Below the pieces are notes generated by a model. The model was given only the letters and a program-made list of their open reading frames with translations. It was not told the origin of the DNA and did not search any database. Shown in pieces: positions 35,311-44,853 of a stretch of DNA of 64,000 nucleotides. A program made the translations under genes and the position numbers. Origin of the DNA: Candidatus Polarisedimenticolia bacterium (GTDB lineage: Bacteria; Acidobacteriota; Polarisedimenticolia; JACPZX01; DASXTC01); contig JBOGOC010000097.1 in NCBI GenBank assembly GCA_050747525.1, positions 74,209 to 138,208 of the forward strand, in the 5' to 3' direction. The first letter of the stretch is position 1. Each line of letters starts with the position of its first letter.

Positions 35311-35381
35311 AGGACCAAGGCAGATGGACACTTGGCCCTCCAACCTCGACGATCCCACCATCGCGCAACTCATTGATCACA

Positions 35382-35435
35382 TGGTGCCGGGGCTGGGACT
35401 CGAACCCAGATGGCCTTGCGGCGGGAGATTTTAAG
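35382..35435 (-). repeat. direct repeat C: tRNA-Leu 3'-half-like fragment
   Basis: Reverse-complement reads cttaaaa|tctcc|cgccgcaaggccat|ctggg ttcgagt cccag|ccccggc a cca. Confidence 0.55.
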
Positions 35436-35574
35436 GCGAAACGGGAAGGGCAATGAAATCAGTAAGTTACTAACTCGTTGCCCTCTCCCGTTTACGAGGG
35501 TTACGGGGAGCGACCGCATTTTACGAGGGTTATGGACACCCAGATGGACACCTGAGCCGGCCATGGCTGGTCTC
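35436..35574. repeat. A/C-type flanking arm (second copy)
   Basis: Same hairpin (gaaacgggaagggcaa...ttgccctctcccgttta) and the same direct repeats (cgagggttacgg / cgagggttatgg; atggacacc x2) as at 23433-23556. Confidence 0.5.
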
Positions 35575-35697
35575 GGACCGACCTGGTCGTCATGCGTCAT
35601 CTCTATGATCTCGAGCGCGTCCCGTGGCATGAACTCCCAGGCTCCGGTTGATGTCGCGCCCCTCTGTAAGGGGCCGGCCCCGACAGCGACTAACGAG

Positions 35698-36216
35698 ATG
35701 GACGAAGCGGACATGAAGCCAGCGGGCGAGGAACAAGAGTTCCTGGAGGTCCTGAACCGCTACCAGCCCGTCCTCCGGCGTGTATCCCGGATGTACGCGG
35801 ACAGTCCCGAGGAGCGTGAAGACCTGCTTCAGGAGACGATCTACCAGCTGTGGAGAAGCTATCCGACGTTTCGGGGTGAATCCTCGCACGGCACGTGGGT
35901 CTACCGCGTGGCGCTCAACACGGCCATCAGCGCCCTGCGACGAAGGGTGAAGCGGCCCAAGGAGGTGCCACTCGAAGCGGCGGCCCAACTTGGGACACCG
36001 CCTGGCCCATGGGGCTCCGAATCCGAGAGGGTCCGCCTGTTGTACGGGATGATCCAGAAGCTGAATCCGGTGGACCGCGCGCTGGCGCTGCTCTACCTGG
36101 AGGATCTGAGCTACAAGGAGCTGTCGAGCATTCTCGGGATCTCGGAGAGCAACATCGGCGTGAAGCTGAACCGGCTGAAGGCCAAGCTCCAGAGCTTCGC
36201 GAAGGAGCTGCGATGA
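35698..36216 (+). CDS. ECF sigma factor (sigma-70 family)
   Basis: Start taken at MDEADMKPAG. Region 2 (LLQETIYQLWRSYPTFRGESSHGTWVYRVALNTAISALR) and region 4 HTH (LYLEDLSYKELSSILGISESNIGVKLNRLKAKL). The track's upstream extension reads through repeat C and is rejected. Confidence 0.7.
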   Translation: MDEADMKPAGEEQEFLEVLNRYQPVLRRVSRMYADSPEEREDLLQETIYQLWRSYPTFRGESSHGTWVYRVALNTAISALRRRVKRPKEVPLEAAAQLGTPPGPWGSESERVRLLYGMIQKLNPVDRALALLYLEDLSYKELSSILGISESNIGVKLNRLKAKLQSFAKELR

Positions 36217-36812
36217 CCGACCTGGACGCACTGAAAAGGATTTGGCGGGAGTCAACCTGCCCTCCCGACTTGGATCCCCTCGGTAAGGAGGAGCTCATGG
36301 CGATGATTCAAACCCGAGCGGCCGACATCAAGCAAAGGACGATGGACCGAGTGCGGGTGGAGAGCTACAACTATCTTGCCCTTGTGCTGATCCCAGCCCT
36401 GCTGCTGCTTTTCAGCCAGGGCCAGACCATGCGGGCGCTTCTCGGAGTCGTCGGCCTGCTCGCGGCGCTCGGGCCGATCCTCGCAGCGCTCGCGTACAAG
36501 GAATACCGGCTCAGCAGCCTTCCCCTGGGTGGCACGTTGAAGGGATCGCTGGAATCAATGCTCGCGGCTGTCGACTCTACCTCGAGCCTCTACATGACCA
36601 CGTACATGCTCTGCGTGACCCTCGCGGTCGCGGTGGGCGAAGGGATTCTCGCCTGGCGCTACGGCGTGCACTGGATCCCGATGATCGCACTCGTCGCCGG
36701 CATCGCCTTCGTGGTCTGGGCTTATCGCAGCGGCCAGGGTTACCTTCGCGGGATGTTCGGATCGATTCGGCGGGAGTTGGCCGACTGCCTGCGAGAGCTC
36801 GAACAAGCCTAG
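36213..36812 (+). CDS. membrane protein cotranslated with the ECF sigma factor (putative anti-sigma or partner)
   Basis: ATGA overlap with the sigma stop (MTDLDALKRIWRE...). Cytoplasmic N-terminal segment, then 4 TM helices. No zinc-finger motif. Confidence 0.5.
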   Translation: MTDLDALKRIWRESTCPPDLDPLGKEELMAMIQTRAADIKQRTMDRVRVESYNYLALVLIPALLLLFSQGQTMRALLGVVGLLAALGPILAALAYKEYRLSSLPLGGTLKGSLESMLAAVDSTSSLYMTTYMLCVTLAVAVGEGILAWRYGVHWIPMIALVAGIAFVVWAYRSGQGYLRGMFGSIRRELADCLRELEQA

Positions 36813-37192
36813 AGGAGGGGCTGGCATTGGAAAAAGTGACCATTCGCTATTGCTTCGTCTGACCCATCAAACAATCGATGGCGGCCAGTCTGGCTGCCCG
36901 GCTCAGAAACGAATGCGCCGCACAAGTGGAGACCATCCGGGGAGGGTTGGGAGAGTTCACCGTCCTCGTGGGCGACGAAGAGGTGGTGAGCACAAGCCGC
37001 CTCTGGTACCCCGACCTCGCCGAGACATTCCGGGCGGTTCAGACGCGCGTCCGGAATGAGCGCTGAAGGCATGCAGCCCGTAGGACGATGGCGCTGAACT
37101 GCGAGATAGCTGGTCCGGCGTGACGACGGCGGATTCGTCGGGCATGTTGAAGGACCTCAACCATCCCACCTGCACGGAACTCTCTGAAAACA

Positions 37193-37249
37193 TGGTGCCG
37201 GGGGCGGGATTCGAACCCGCAAGAGCCTTCCGGCTCCGGAGATTTTAAG
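37193..37249 (-). repeat. direct repeat D: tRNA-Leu 3'-half-like fragment
   Basis: Reverse-complement reads cttaaaa|tctcc|ggagccggaaggctcttg (hairpin gagcc/ggctc)|cgggg? ttcgaat cccgc|ccccggc a cca. The B/D-type arm block lies at 37338-37412. Confidence 0.55.
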
Positions 37250-37494
37250 ACATCGGACGGCCCTGGCCTGAGCGATCCCCATCGTCCTGAACGGACCCCA
37301 TTCCATTACCCTTGCGACTTTCCGCACGTTCCTGATCGGGTCGAAGACCGATTAGTGGTCGGTCAGCCCGATGGGACCCGACAAGTTGCGTACAAGTGGG
37401 CGATCTTCCGGTTCCCACCTTCGGTGCTGATGGAAACCAACCGTGACGGACAGCATCGTGGACTTCGCCTTCATCGATCCACTATATTCCGCGC

Positions 37495-37878
37495 ATGAAG
37501 TTCCTGCCTCGATCGGCTTCGGCGATGGTGGCTCTTGCCGCGGTCCTTCTTCCCTGGGCGACGGGCGTTGTTGTTGTGGCGCATCTTGCCAGCGAAGGGC
37601 ACCATCATGCGAAACCGATCGTCCATGACGCCGAGGGCGTCAAGCTGGTCGTGCACGGACATCGCCATGGATCGGGCACTCCGCTGCATGAGCACACGGT
37701 CGTGATCGCGAAGCCAGCGACACTCACCGCAAAGCACTGTCTCATTCTGACCCCGGTGGGACTGCTTTCACCCGCGACCGGGTCCTCGAACCCCACCACA
37801 GGATCGTTCGCCGCGCCCGCGGACGTCGCGCACGGCCCACCTCACATACCCAAGGCCTCACTGATTCTCCGGATCTGA
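37495..37878 (+). CDS. His-rich secreted protein, possible periplasmic metal-binding protein
   Basis: Signal peptide MKFLPRSASAMVALAAVLLPWATG, then HLASEGHHHAKPIVHDAEGVKLVVHGHRHGSGTPLHEHTVV. It lies immediately upstream of the HME-RND efflux operon. Confidence 0.4.
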   Translation: MKFLPRSASAMVALAAVLLPWATGVVVVAHLASEGHHHAKPIVHDAEGVKLVVHGHRHGSGTPLHEHTVVIAKPATLTAKHCLILTPVGLLSPATGSSNPTTGSFAAPADVAHGPPHIPKASLILRI

Positions 37879-37965
37879 TCATCCCGCTGACGTGACAGCT
37901 GTGCGCGGGGTCGCGGAGCCGTCTGTTGACGCGGCCTGTCCGACGATGGATCACGGAGGATCGTC

Positions 37966-39168
37966 ATGGATCGACCACTTATCGCGGTCGTTGTGCTGTT
38001 CTTGGTCGCATCGGCCGCTCTTGCCCAGGAAGTCACCGAGGAGAAGTTCCTCTCGGCGCTCGACGAGGGGCACGTCGGCGTCCGTTCACTCACGGACGGC
38101 ATCGCCCGGGCCGAGGGGGCTCGCGTGCGAGCGGGCACGCTCGCGAACCCGCGCTTCGACTTCTGGCGCGAGGACCCCGAGGACAATCCCCGGGTGACGA
38201 ACTGGGCGCTTGCCTGGACGCCGCCCTTCGACGGGCGCTACGGCCTCGGGAAGCGGGTCGCCGAAGCGGGCGTGGCCGCAGCGCGCCAGCGCTTCGAGGT
38301 GGATCGCGCCGCGCTCCGGAGGGAGTTCCGGCAGGCATTCGCGAGGTGGAGCCTCGGGCTCGAGAGCCGGGAGATTCTTCAGCAGCAGCTCAATGTCGTG
38401 ACCGGCCTGGCCGAGCAGGCGCGCCATCGTGCGCGAGTTGGCGAGGAGTCGGGCCTTGCGGCGCGCCGTTTGACCCTCGCGGAGGGTGAGGTCCGCATGG
38501 CGCTCGGCAGCGCCGACGCCGAATATGTCCGGGCCGCCGCGACAGCGAGGGCCCTGCGACAGGACCTTCCGGCGGAGACATGGCCCGCGCCGGCGGCGCT
38601 TCCCGTCCCTCCGGCGGCGCTCGACCCTGGCGGCGCGTCGCTGGTGAGCGCCCTCGAGCAGGAAAAAGTTCAGGCCGAGTACGAAGCTCGCAGGCTCGGC
38701 CGATTTGTCGCCTTCCCCACGATCGTGCTCGGCTGGCAAACGATCGATGACCGCAACGCCAGCGACGGAGGGCCGATCCTCGCGGCCGGTTGGCCCGTCC
38801 CGCTTTTCGACCGTGACCAGGGATCCCGACTTGAAGCGGAACGACTGAAGGACATCGCGGCGGACCGCCTGAGCTTCGCGCAGGCGCGGGTCGCGGCGGA
38901 GGTCGAAGGTGGTCTCGATGCCTACCGGACGCTCCTCGCCGCGGCTCGCGACGCCCGCGAGGTCGCCGATGGCGCCGACCAGGTCATCGAGGCCGCAACA
39001 GCGGCATTCCGCGCGGGGGAATCTGGTCTGACCGATCTGCTTGACACCCTGCGCTCGGCGTTTGCCGCGCGTCTGCGGGCCATCGATGCACGAGGGCAGG
39101 CCCTGGAAGCGCACCGCGAGCTGGAGGCCGTGCTGGGACGACCGCTGACGGAGGGTCAAGGCCGATGA
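37966..39168 (+). CDS. TolC-family outer-membrane efflux protein (CusC/CzcC-like)
   Basis: Signal peptide. Two repeated halves of alpha-helical coiled coil and beta-barrel. Stop overlaps the next start. Confidence 0.75.
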   Translation: MDRPLIAVVVLFLVASAALAQEVTEEKFLSALDEGHVGVRSLTDGIARAEGARVRAGTLANPRFDFWREDPEDNPRVTNWALAWTPPFDGRYGLGKRVAEAGVAAARQRFEVDRAALRREFRQAFARWSLGLESREILQQQLNVVTGLAEQARHRARVGEESGLAARRLTLAEGEVRMALGSADAEYVRAAATARALRQDLPAETWPAPAALPVPPAALDPGGASLVSALEQEKVQAEYEARRLGRFVAFPTIVLGWQTIDDRNASDGGPILAAGWPVPLFDRDQGSRLEAERLKDIAADRLSFAQARVAAEVEGGLDAYRTLLAAARDAREVADGADQVIEAATAAFRAGESGLTDLLDTLRSAFAARLRAIDARGQALEAHRELEAVLGRPLTEGQGR

Positions 39169-40697
39169 TGCGCGCACGGCTGCTCGTCACGACGTTCGTC
39201 CTGCTGGGCGCCCTCGGGTGCGTTCAGGAGAAGTCCCCAGACAAGCTTGCTTCGGAGCCCGTCGATAGCTGGGCAGTCACAGCATGGGGAGAACGCTACG
39301 AGGTGTTTGCCGAGTGCGGCCCGCTGATCGCCGGAACGTCCGCCACCTGCAACGCGCACGTCACCGTCCTGCAGGGCTTCACCCCGCTGACGGCAGGCTC
39401 GGTGAGCGTGGTTCTCGGAGGTTCGGGCTCTGACCTGGTGTTCCGGCAGGATCACCCGAAGCGAGACGGGATCTACCCCGCCGAGGTCCGCCCGCCGTTG
39501 GAAGGGACCTTTGATCTGAGTTTTCAGGTGGATGGTCCCGCGGGTCGAGAGGAGATCGCCGCGGGTCGCGTGAGTGTCGGCAGCGCAGAGTCGCCCGGTG
39601 GGACGCTCGCGGCCCAGGAAGCCGCTCCCGATGCCATTTCATTCCTCAAGGAACAGCAATGGCGAACGGCCTTCGCGACGGCTCAGGTCTCGGAGGGCAC
39701 GCTCAATGAGAGCGTCGCCGGCCCGGGGCGCGTGACCCCACCGGCGGGAGGGGAGGTGACTCTGACGGCAACCTTCGATGCAACCGTGGCTCCGGAGCCG
39801 TGGCCGTATGCCGGCCTCGATGTGGAGAAGCGGAAAGTCCTGTTCCGGCTCCTGCCCAGGGTAGGGGAACGCAGTCTTCCGGAGTTGCGAGCTGAGGCGA
39901 CGTCGCTGGCAGCCGACGTCGAAGCCGCGAAGCGCCGGGTGGAACGGCTCACCGAACTGCTCCGAGTCGAGGCGACGAGCGCGGCAGAGCTCGAGCGCGC
40001 CCAGGCCACCCTCGCGGGCCTCGAAGCCCGCCTGCAGTCGGCTCGACAGGGGATGGGTGCGGCAGGTGATCCGGGCGGCTCTTCAGCCGGCACCGCCATC
40101 GCGGTCACGGCCCCGTGGTCGGGCCGCGTAGCCGAGGTATCCGTATCGCCCGGCCAGACCGTGACCGCGGGCACCCCCCTGGCGCGAGTGGTGAAGCTGC
40201 GACCGCTCTGGATCGTCCTCTCCCTGCGTCCGGTGGATGCGGCGCGCGTCCAAGGCAGCCCGTCAGGGTTGTTGCTTCGCCGTCCCGGGTCGACCGAAGT
40301 CATGAACGTCGGAGCGGAGGAGGTGCGCATCGTCTCACAGTCGCCGGAGGTGGATCCGCAGACGGCCTCCATCAGCCTCATCCTCGAAGTCAACCGCAGC
40401 GCTTCGGACCTGGCGATTGGAAGCGGAGTCGAGGCGGAACTGCTCCTCGAGGGGGAGAGGGAGGGGATCGTCATCCCGGTCTCCGCCTTGATCGACGATT
40501 CGGGCGTGAGCGTCGCCTACGTGCAGATCGAAGGGGAGAGCTTCGCCCGCAGGGAGGTGCGCGTCCTCGTACGGCAGGGCGAACGGGCTCTCGTCGATGG
40601 TCTCGGGGTGGGTGAACGGCTCGTCACCGTGGGTGGCGGCGCCATACGGCGCAGCTCTCTTCTCTCCTCGGGTGCCCCCGAGGGGCACGTCCACTGA
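39165..40697 (+). CDS. efflux RND periplasmic adaptor (membrane fusion protein, CusB/CzcB-like)
   Basis: Signal peptide; beta-barrel, coiled-coil and lipoyl segments (HlyD_D23-like). Sits between the OMF and RND genes. Confidence 0.75.
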   Translation: MMRARLLVTTFVLLGALGCVQEKSPDKLASEPVDSWAVTAWGERYEVFAECGPLIAGTSATCNAHVTVLQGFTPLTAGSVSVVLGGSGSDLVFRQDHPKRDGIYPAEVRPPLEGTFDLSFQVDGPAGREEIAAGRVSVGSAESPGGTLAAQEAAPDAISFLKEQQWRTAFATAQVSEGTLNESVAGPGRVTPPAGGEVTLTATFDATVAPEPWPYAGLDVEKRKVLFRLLPRVGERSLPELRAEATSLAADVEAAKRRVERLTELLRVEATSAAELERAQATLAGLEARLQSARQGMGAAGDPGGSSAGTAIAVTAPWSGRVAEVSVSPGQTVTAGTPLARVVKLRPLWIVLSLRPVDAARVQGSPSGLLLRRPGSTEVMNVGAEEVRIVSQSPEVDPQTASISLILEVNRSASDLAIGSGVEAELLLEGEREGIVIPVSALIDDSGVSVAYVQIEGESFARREVRVLVRQGERALVDGLGVGERLVTVGGGAIRRSSLLSSGAPEGHVH

Positions 40698-40704
40698 GCC
40701 GGCC

Positions 40705-43700
40705 ATGCTGAACGCAATCATCCAGGGCTCGTTGCGCCATCGCTGGGCGGTCCTCGTGACCGCCGCGGCGTTCATGGTGGCCGGGACGCTGATCGCGTTG
40801 CGGCTGCCCGTGGAGGTCTTCCCGGATCTCTCGGCGCCGACCGTCACGGTCATCACCGAGGCCAAGGGCCTGGCCCCCGAGGAAGTCGAGCTGCTGGTGA
40901 CCTTCCCGGTCGAGTCGGCCCTGAACGGGGCTTCCGGCGTGCGCCGCATCCGGTCGGTGTCGGGGCCCGGCATCGCCGTGGTGTGGGTCGAGTTCGAGTG
41001 GGGCGAGGAGATCTATCGCGCGCGCCAGGTGGTGGCCGAGCGCCTCCAGGTGGTGGTCTTGCCGGCGGGTGTCGAGCGCCCGACTCTCGGGCCGATCAGC
41101 TCGATCATGGGCGAGATCACCTTCATCGCGCTGACGTCGGATCGTGTGCCGCCGATGGAGCTGCGACGGCTGTCCGAGACGGTGGTTCGCCGCAGCCTCC
41201 TGGCGCTGCCGGGGATTTCCCAGGTGGTCCCGATCGGCGGAGAAGTCCGCGAGTATCTCGTCGAGCTCGACCCGGCGGCCAGCGCCCAGGCGAGCCTGTC
41301 CGTCCAGGAGGTCGTTGACGCCCTGCAGAAATCGAGTGCCGCTCCGGCGGCAGGCTTCCACGTCGACGGCGGGGAAGAGTATCTCGTCCGAGGCCTCGGC
41401 CGCGCCCATTCCGCGGATGACCTCGCCGCCACAGTGCTGCGCGAGCGCAACGGCATTCCTCTGCGTCTGGGACAGGTCGCCGCCGTCCGCGAGGCACCCG
41501 AGCCGGCCCGAGGAACCGCCTCCTACCGCGCGCATCCGGCCGTCATTCTCAGCATCCAGAAGCAGCCGGGCGCCAACACGCTGGAGCTCACAAGCCGGAT
41601 GGACCGTGTCCTCGTCGATCTGCAGGGGACCCTTCCGCCGGGCGTCGTCATCGAAAAGGAGAACTTCAGGCAGGCCGACTTCATCGAGATCGCGATCCAC
41701 AACGTCTCGGTCGCGCTGCGCGACGGCGCCGTGCTGGTGCTGATCGTGCTGTTCCTGTTTCTCGGCAACCTCCGGACGACGCTCATCTCGGCGGTCGCCA
41801 TTCCGATCTCGCTCGTGGCGGGCGTCATCGTGATATCGCTGTTCGGGGGCACCTTGAACACCATGACGCTGGGCGGCTTCACGATCGCCATCGGCGCCCT
41901 CGTAGACGACGCGATCATTGACGTGGAGAACGTGCTGCGGCGCCTGCGGGAGAATCGGCGGAAGCCGGAGGCCGAACGGCGGCCAGGGCCCGAAGTCGTG
42001 TTCCGCGCCTCCTCGGAAGTTCGCGGCGCGATTCTGTTCGCCACGCTTGTCATAGCGCTCGTGTTCGTCCCGCTTCTCTCCCTGCCCGGTCTCGAAGGGC
42101 GCCTGCTGCGCCCTCTCGGGACCGCCTACCTTGCCTCGCTCGCCGGCTCGATCATCGTCGCCCTCACAGTCACCCCCGTCCTCTGTCTGTTGCTCCTGCA
42201 GCGCAGCTCCCTGCTCGAGTCGCAGGAGCCCTGGCTCCTGCGGCAATGCAAGAGCGCCTACGACCGCACGCTGGTTGTGTGTCTCGATCGGACCGCTCTT
42301 GTCATCGGGGGCGCGGCGGTCTTCCTTCTGGCCGCACTCGCGACCGTGCCTTTCCTCGGCCATTCGTTCCTGCCGCCCTTCAACGAAGGCAGTCTGACGA
42401 TCGCTCTCGTGAGCCCGCTCGGCACGCCCCTGGCCGATGGGGATGCGCTTGGCCGGGACGTGGAGAAAACGCTTCTCGCGTTTCCCGAGGTGGTCTCCAC
42501 GAGCCGGCGGACGGGGCGCGCCGAGAAGGACGAACACGTCCAGGGCGTAAACGCCTCCGAGATGGAGGTCGTGCTCCGGCCCGGGCGGCCGAAGGCCGAG
42601 CTGCTGGCCGAGATGCGCAAGACGGTCGCGACTATTCCGGGCGTGAACGTGAGTTTCGGCCAGCCGATCAGCCATCGGATCGACCACATGATCTCCGGCA
42701 GCAAGACAAACCTCGCGATAAAAATATTCGGCCCCGAGCTTGCCCAGCTGCGCGGCCTGTCCTCAAGTGCAGAGCGAGTGCTTCGTGAGGTTCCGGGACT
42801 CGTAGACCTGTCCAACCAGGAACAGGCGTCGGTCCCGCAGATCCTCATCGACTTCGATCGTCAGGCCATGGCGCGTCAGGGCCTGACCCCCGCCGACCTG
42901 GCACAGTCCGTCGAGGCACTCTTCCAGGGAACGCTAGCCGGCGAGATGGTGGAGGGAGGCCTCACCTCCCGGATCGTCGTGCGCTACCCCGAGAGGCTGC
43001 GATCCCGGCGGGATCAGATGGCGGCCCTCCCCGTGACGACACCGGATGGTGGTCTGATTCGCCTCGGCGATGTGGCGCGCGTCCGGTTCGACCTGGGTCC
43101 GGGCCTCATCCGGCGCGAGAGCGTGCAGCGCGTCGCCATGTTGACGGCCAACGTCACCGGCAGCGACCTCACGGGTGTCGTGGAGCGGGCGCGCGCGGCG
43201 CTGGCTGCGAAGCTCGCTCTGCCCGAAGGCTACCGGATAGTGTTCGGAGGGCAGTTCGAGGAAGCGGCGCGCAGCGTGCAGAACCTCGGCTTCCTGTCGG
43301 GTGGGCTCCTGCTGGCCATGTACGGCCTGCTCTTCCTGGCGTTCCGCAGTCACCGCCACACGATGATTGTCCTGGTGAACTTGCCTCTTGCGCTCATCGG
43401 CGGGTTGGCGGCCGTGGCTCTGGGCGGCCAGGGTCTGAGCGTCGCCTCGCTCGTGGGCTTCATCACCCTCTTCGGGATCGCCACGCGCAACGGTGTGCTG
43501 CTCGCCAGTCACTACGGGCACTTGATGCGCGACGAAGGTCTGGCTCTCAGAGAAGCGGTTGTCCGCGGATCACGAGAGCGGCTCGCGCCGGTGCTGATGA
43601 CCGCGCTGACGGCGGGGCTTGCGCTGATCCCCCTCGTGCTTGCCGGAGACAAACCTGGCAATGAGATCCAGAGCCCGATGGCCGAGGTGATCCTCGGGGG

Positions 43701-43812
43701 ACTTCTCAGCTCGACATTTCTCAACCTCGTCGTGGTGCCGGTGCTCTTCTGCCGTTGGGGGGAGTCGCGGGCGTTGAAGCCAGGTGTTCGGCCTCCGCAG
43801 CCTGAGATCTGA
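40705..43812 (+). CDS. heavy-metal efflux RND transporter (HME family, CusA/CzcA-like)
   Basis: Start at MLNAIIQGSLRHRWAVLVTAAAFMVAG (8 nt after the adaptor's stop). 1035 aa with 12 TM helices and 2 large periplasmic loops. AcrB/CzcA signatures (GGxxxDDAIIDVEN). Confidence 0.85.
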   Translation: MLNAIIQGSLRHRWAVLVTAAAFMVAGTLIALRLPVEVFPDLSAPTVTVITEAKGLAPEEVELLVTFPVESALNGASGVRRIRSVSGPGIAVVWVEFEWGEEIYRARQVVAERLQVVVLPAGVERPTLGPISSIMGEITFIALTSDRVPPMELRRLSETVVRRSLLALPGISQVVPIGGEVREYLVELDPAASAQASLSVQEVVDALQKSSAAPAAGFHVDGGEEYLVRGLGRAHSADDLAATVLRERNGIPLRLGQVAAVREAPEPARGTASYRAHPAVILSIQKQPGANTLELTSRMDRVLVDLQGTLPPGVVIEKENFRQADFIEIAIHNVSVALRDGAVLVLIVLFLFLGNLRTTLISAVAIPISLVAGVIVISLFGGTLNTMTLGGFTIAIGALVDDAIIDVENVLRRLRENRRKPEAERRPGPEVVFRASSEVRGAILFATLVIALVFVPLLSLPGLEGRLLRPLGTAYLASLAGSIIVALTVTPVLCLLLLQRSSLLESQEPWLLRQCKSAYDRTLVVCLDRTALVIGGAAVFLLAALATVPFLGHSFLPPFNEGSLTIALVSPLGTPLADGDALGRDVEKTLLAFPEVVSTSRRTGRAEKDEHVQGVNASEMEVVLRPGRPKAELLAEMRKTVATIPGVNVSFGQPISHRIDHMISGSKTNLAIKIFGPELAQLRGLSSSAERVLREVPGLVDLSNQEQASVPQILIDFDRQAMARQGLTPADLAQSVEALFQGTLAGEMVEGGLTSRIVVRYPERLRSRRDQMAALPVTTPDGGLIRLGDVARVRFDLGPGLIRRESVQRVAMLTANVTGSDLTGVVERARAALAAKLALPEGYRIVFGGQFEEAARSVQNLGFLSGGLLLAMYGLLFLAFRSHRHTMIVLVNLPLALIGGLAAVALGGQGLSVASLVGFITLFGIATRNGVLLASHYGHLMRDEGLALREAVVRGSRERLAPVLMTALTAGLALIPLVLAGDKPGNEIQSPMAEVILGGLLSSTFLNLVVVPVLFCRWGESRALKPGVRPPQPEI

Positions 43813-43900
43813 AACAGCTCCACTCATGATAACTTCGTTGCCATCGAGTTTGACGTGACACCCCCCGGTGCGAGGCCGCGTTCTCCAGAAGAGGGAGTCC

Positions 43901-44650
43901 ATGAAACGACGTGATGCATTTGGCGTGATCACGATGGGGGCCATGGGCGTCGCGGTGTCGTTAGAAGGAGTTGCCATGGCACAACAACCGACAAGCCCCC
44001 CTCCAGGTTCCGCGTCGCCGGCGTCGACCGGCGTGATCCCCGGGCAGCACGCGGTGAAGCCACTTCCATTCGTGGCCAAGAACCTTCGCGGGCTGTCAGA
44101 GAGACTGATCGTTTCGCACCACGACAACAACTACGCCGGTGCGGTGAAGAACCTCAACAAGGTCGAAGAAGAGCTGTCGAGGGTCACCGCGGACACGCCC
44201 GGATTCATCGTCGGCGGTCTCAAGGAACGGGAACTGACTTTCACCAATTCGATGATCCTGCACGAGCTGTACTTCGGCAATCTAGGCGGCGACGGCCGGG
44301 CCGTGGGATCGATCCTGAAGGATCTGGCCAGCGCGAACGGATCCTTCGCGCGCTGGGAAGAAATGTTCCGGGCCACCGGAATGAGTCTTTCCGGAGGCAG
44401 CGGCTGGACCATACTCGACTTCAATCTCCACACCGGAGACCTGCGCACCTACTGGTCCGGCAATCATAGCCAGGCTCTCGCCTCGGGATGTCCGTTGCTC
44501 GTCATGGATATGTACGAGCACGCCTACCAGATGGATTACGGAGCCGCGGCGGCAAAATACGTCGACGCGTTTTTCGAGAACATCCAATGGGATGAGGTGA
44601 ACCGGAGACTGGAGCGCGCGCAGAAAGCCGCCGCAGTGCTCCGCGCCTGA
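43901..44650 (+). CDS. Fe/Mn-family superoxide dismutase with Tat signal peptide
   Basis: MKRRDAFGVITMGAMGVAVSLEGVAMA is a twin-arginine signal peptide. SOD motifs VSHHDNNYAGAVKNLN and DMYEHAYQMDY. Confidence 0.8.
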   Translation: MKRRDAFGVITMGAMGVAVSLEGVAMAQQPTSPPPGSASPASTGVIPGQHAVKPLPFVAKNLRGLSERLIVSHHDNNYAGAVKNLNKVEEELSRVTADTPGFIVGGLKERELTFTNSMILHELYFGNLGGDGRAVGSILKDLASANGSFARWEEMFRATGMSLSGGSGWTILDFNLHTGDLRTYWSGNHSQALASGCPLLVMDMYEHAYQMDYGAAAAKYVDAFFENIQWDEVNRRLERAQKAAAVLRA

Positions 44651-44677
44651 CAGGCTTCGCGGCGGGGAGGTTAGTCA

Positions 44678-44838
44678 TGAAGTGGGTCACGCGCGAGGGT
44701 GCAAAGACGGACCGCGTGGCCTGTCCGTGGCTCATCACCCGGTTTATCGACGCGGACCATGTGCTCTCCGCTGAGCTGCGGCTCCAGTTCCCGCTGTACG
44801 ACGCCCTCTATGCCTACTGTCGTGACGATTCACCCTGA
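44678..44838 (+). pseudogene. ChrB-C-like (chromate-resistance regulator domain) 5' fragment
   Basis: MKWVTREGAKTDRVACPWLITRFIDAD matches the conserved N-terminus of the ChrB C-domain. The frame then diverges and stops after 53 codons. Confidence 0.3.
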
Positions 44839-44853
44839 GGAACAAACGAGGAC

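Noticed and set aside
36878-37066. 62-aa ORF MAASLAARLRNECAAQVETIRGGLGEFTVLVGDEEVV... between the sigma-partner gene and repeat D
   Set aside because: Weak resemblance to a NuoC-type N-terminus, but no RBS, too short, and it sits inside a junction region. Left unannotated.
23376-37249. Fragments A, F, B, C, D interpreted as intact tRNA genes with introns, or as a CRISPR-like array
   Set aside because: No 5' acceptor strand (gccgggg) or D-arm is present upstream of any fragment, and the sequence preceding the anticodon loop cannot pair as an anticodon stem. The boundaries do not end in the G or AY expected for group I/II introns. The repeats are ~55 nt separated by 1.8-14 kb of ordinary genes, so this is not a CRISPR.
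40624-42687. 687-aa minus-strand ORF inside the RND pump gene
   Set aside because: Antisense shadow of cusA/czcA. The translation is Arg/Asp/Gly-rich junk, while the plus strand encodes a textbook 12-TM RND transporter.
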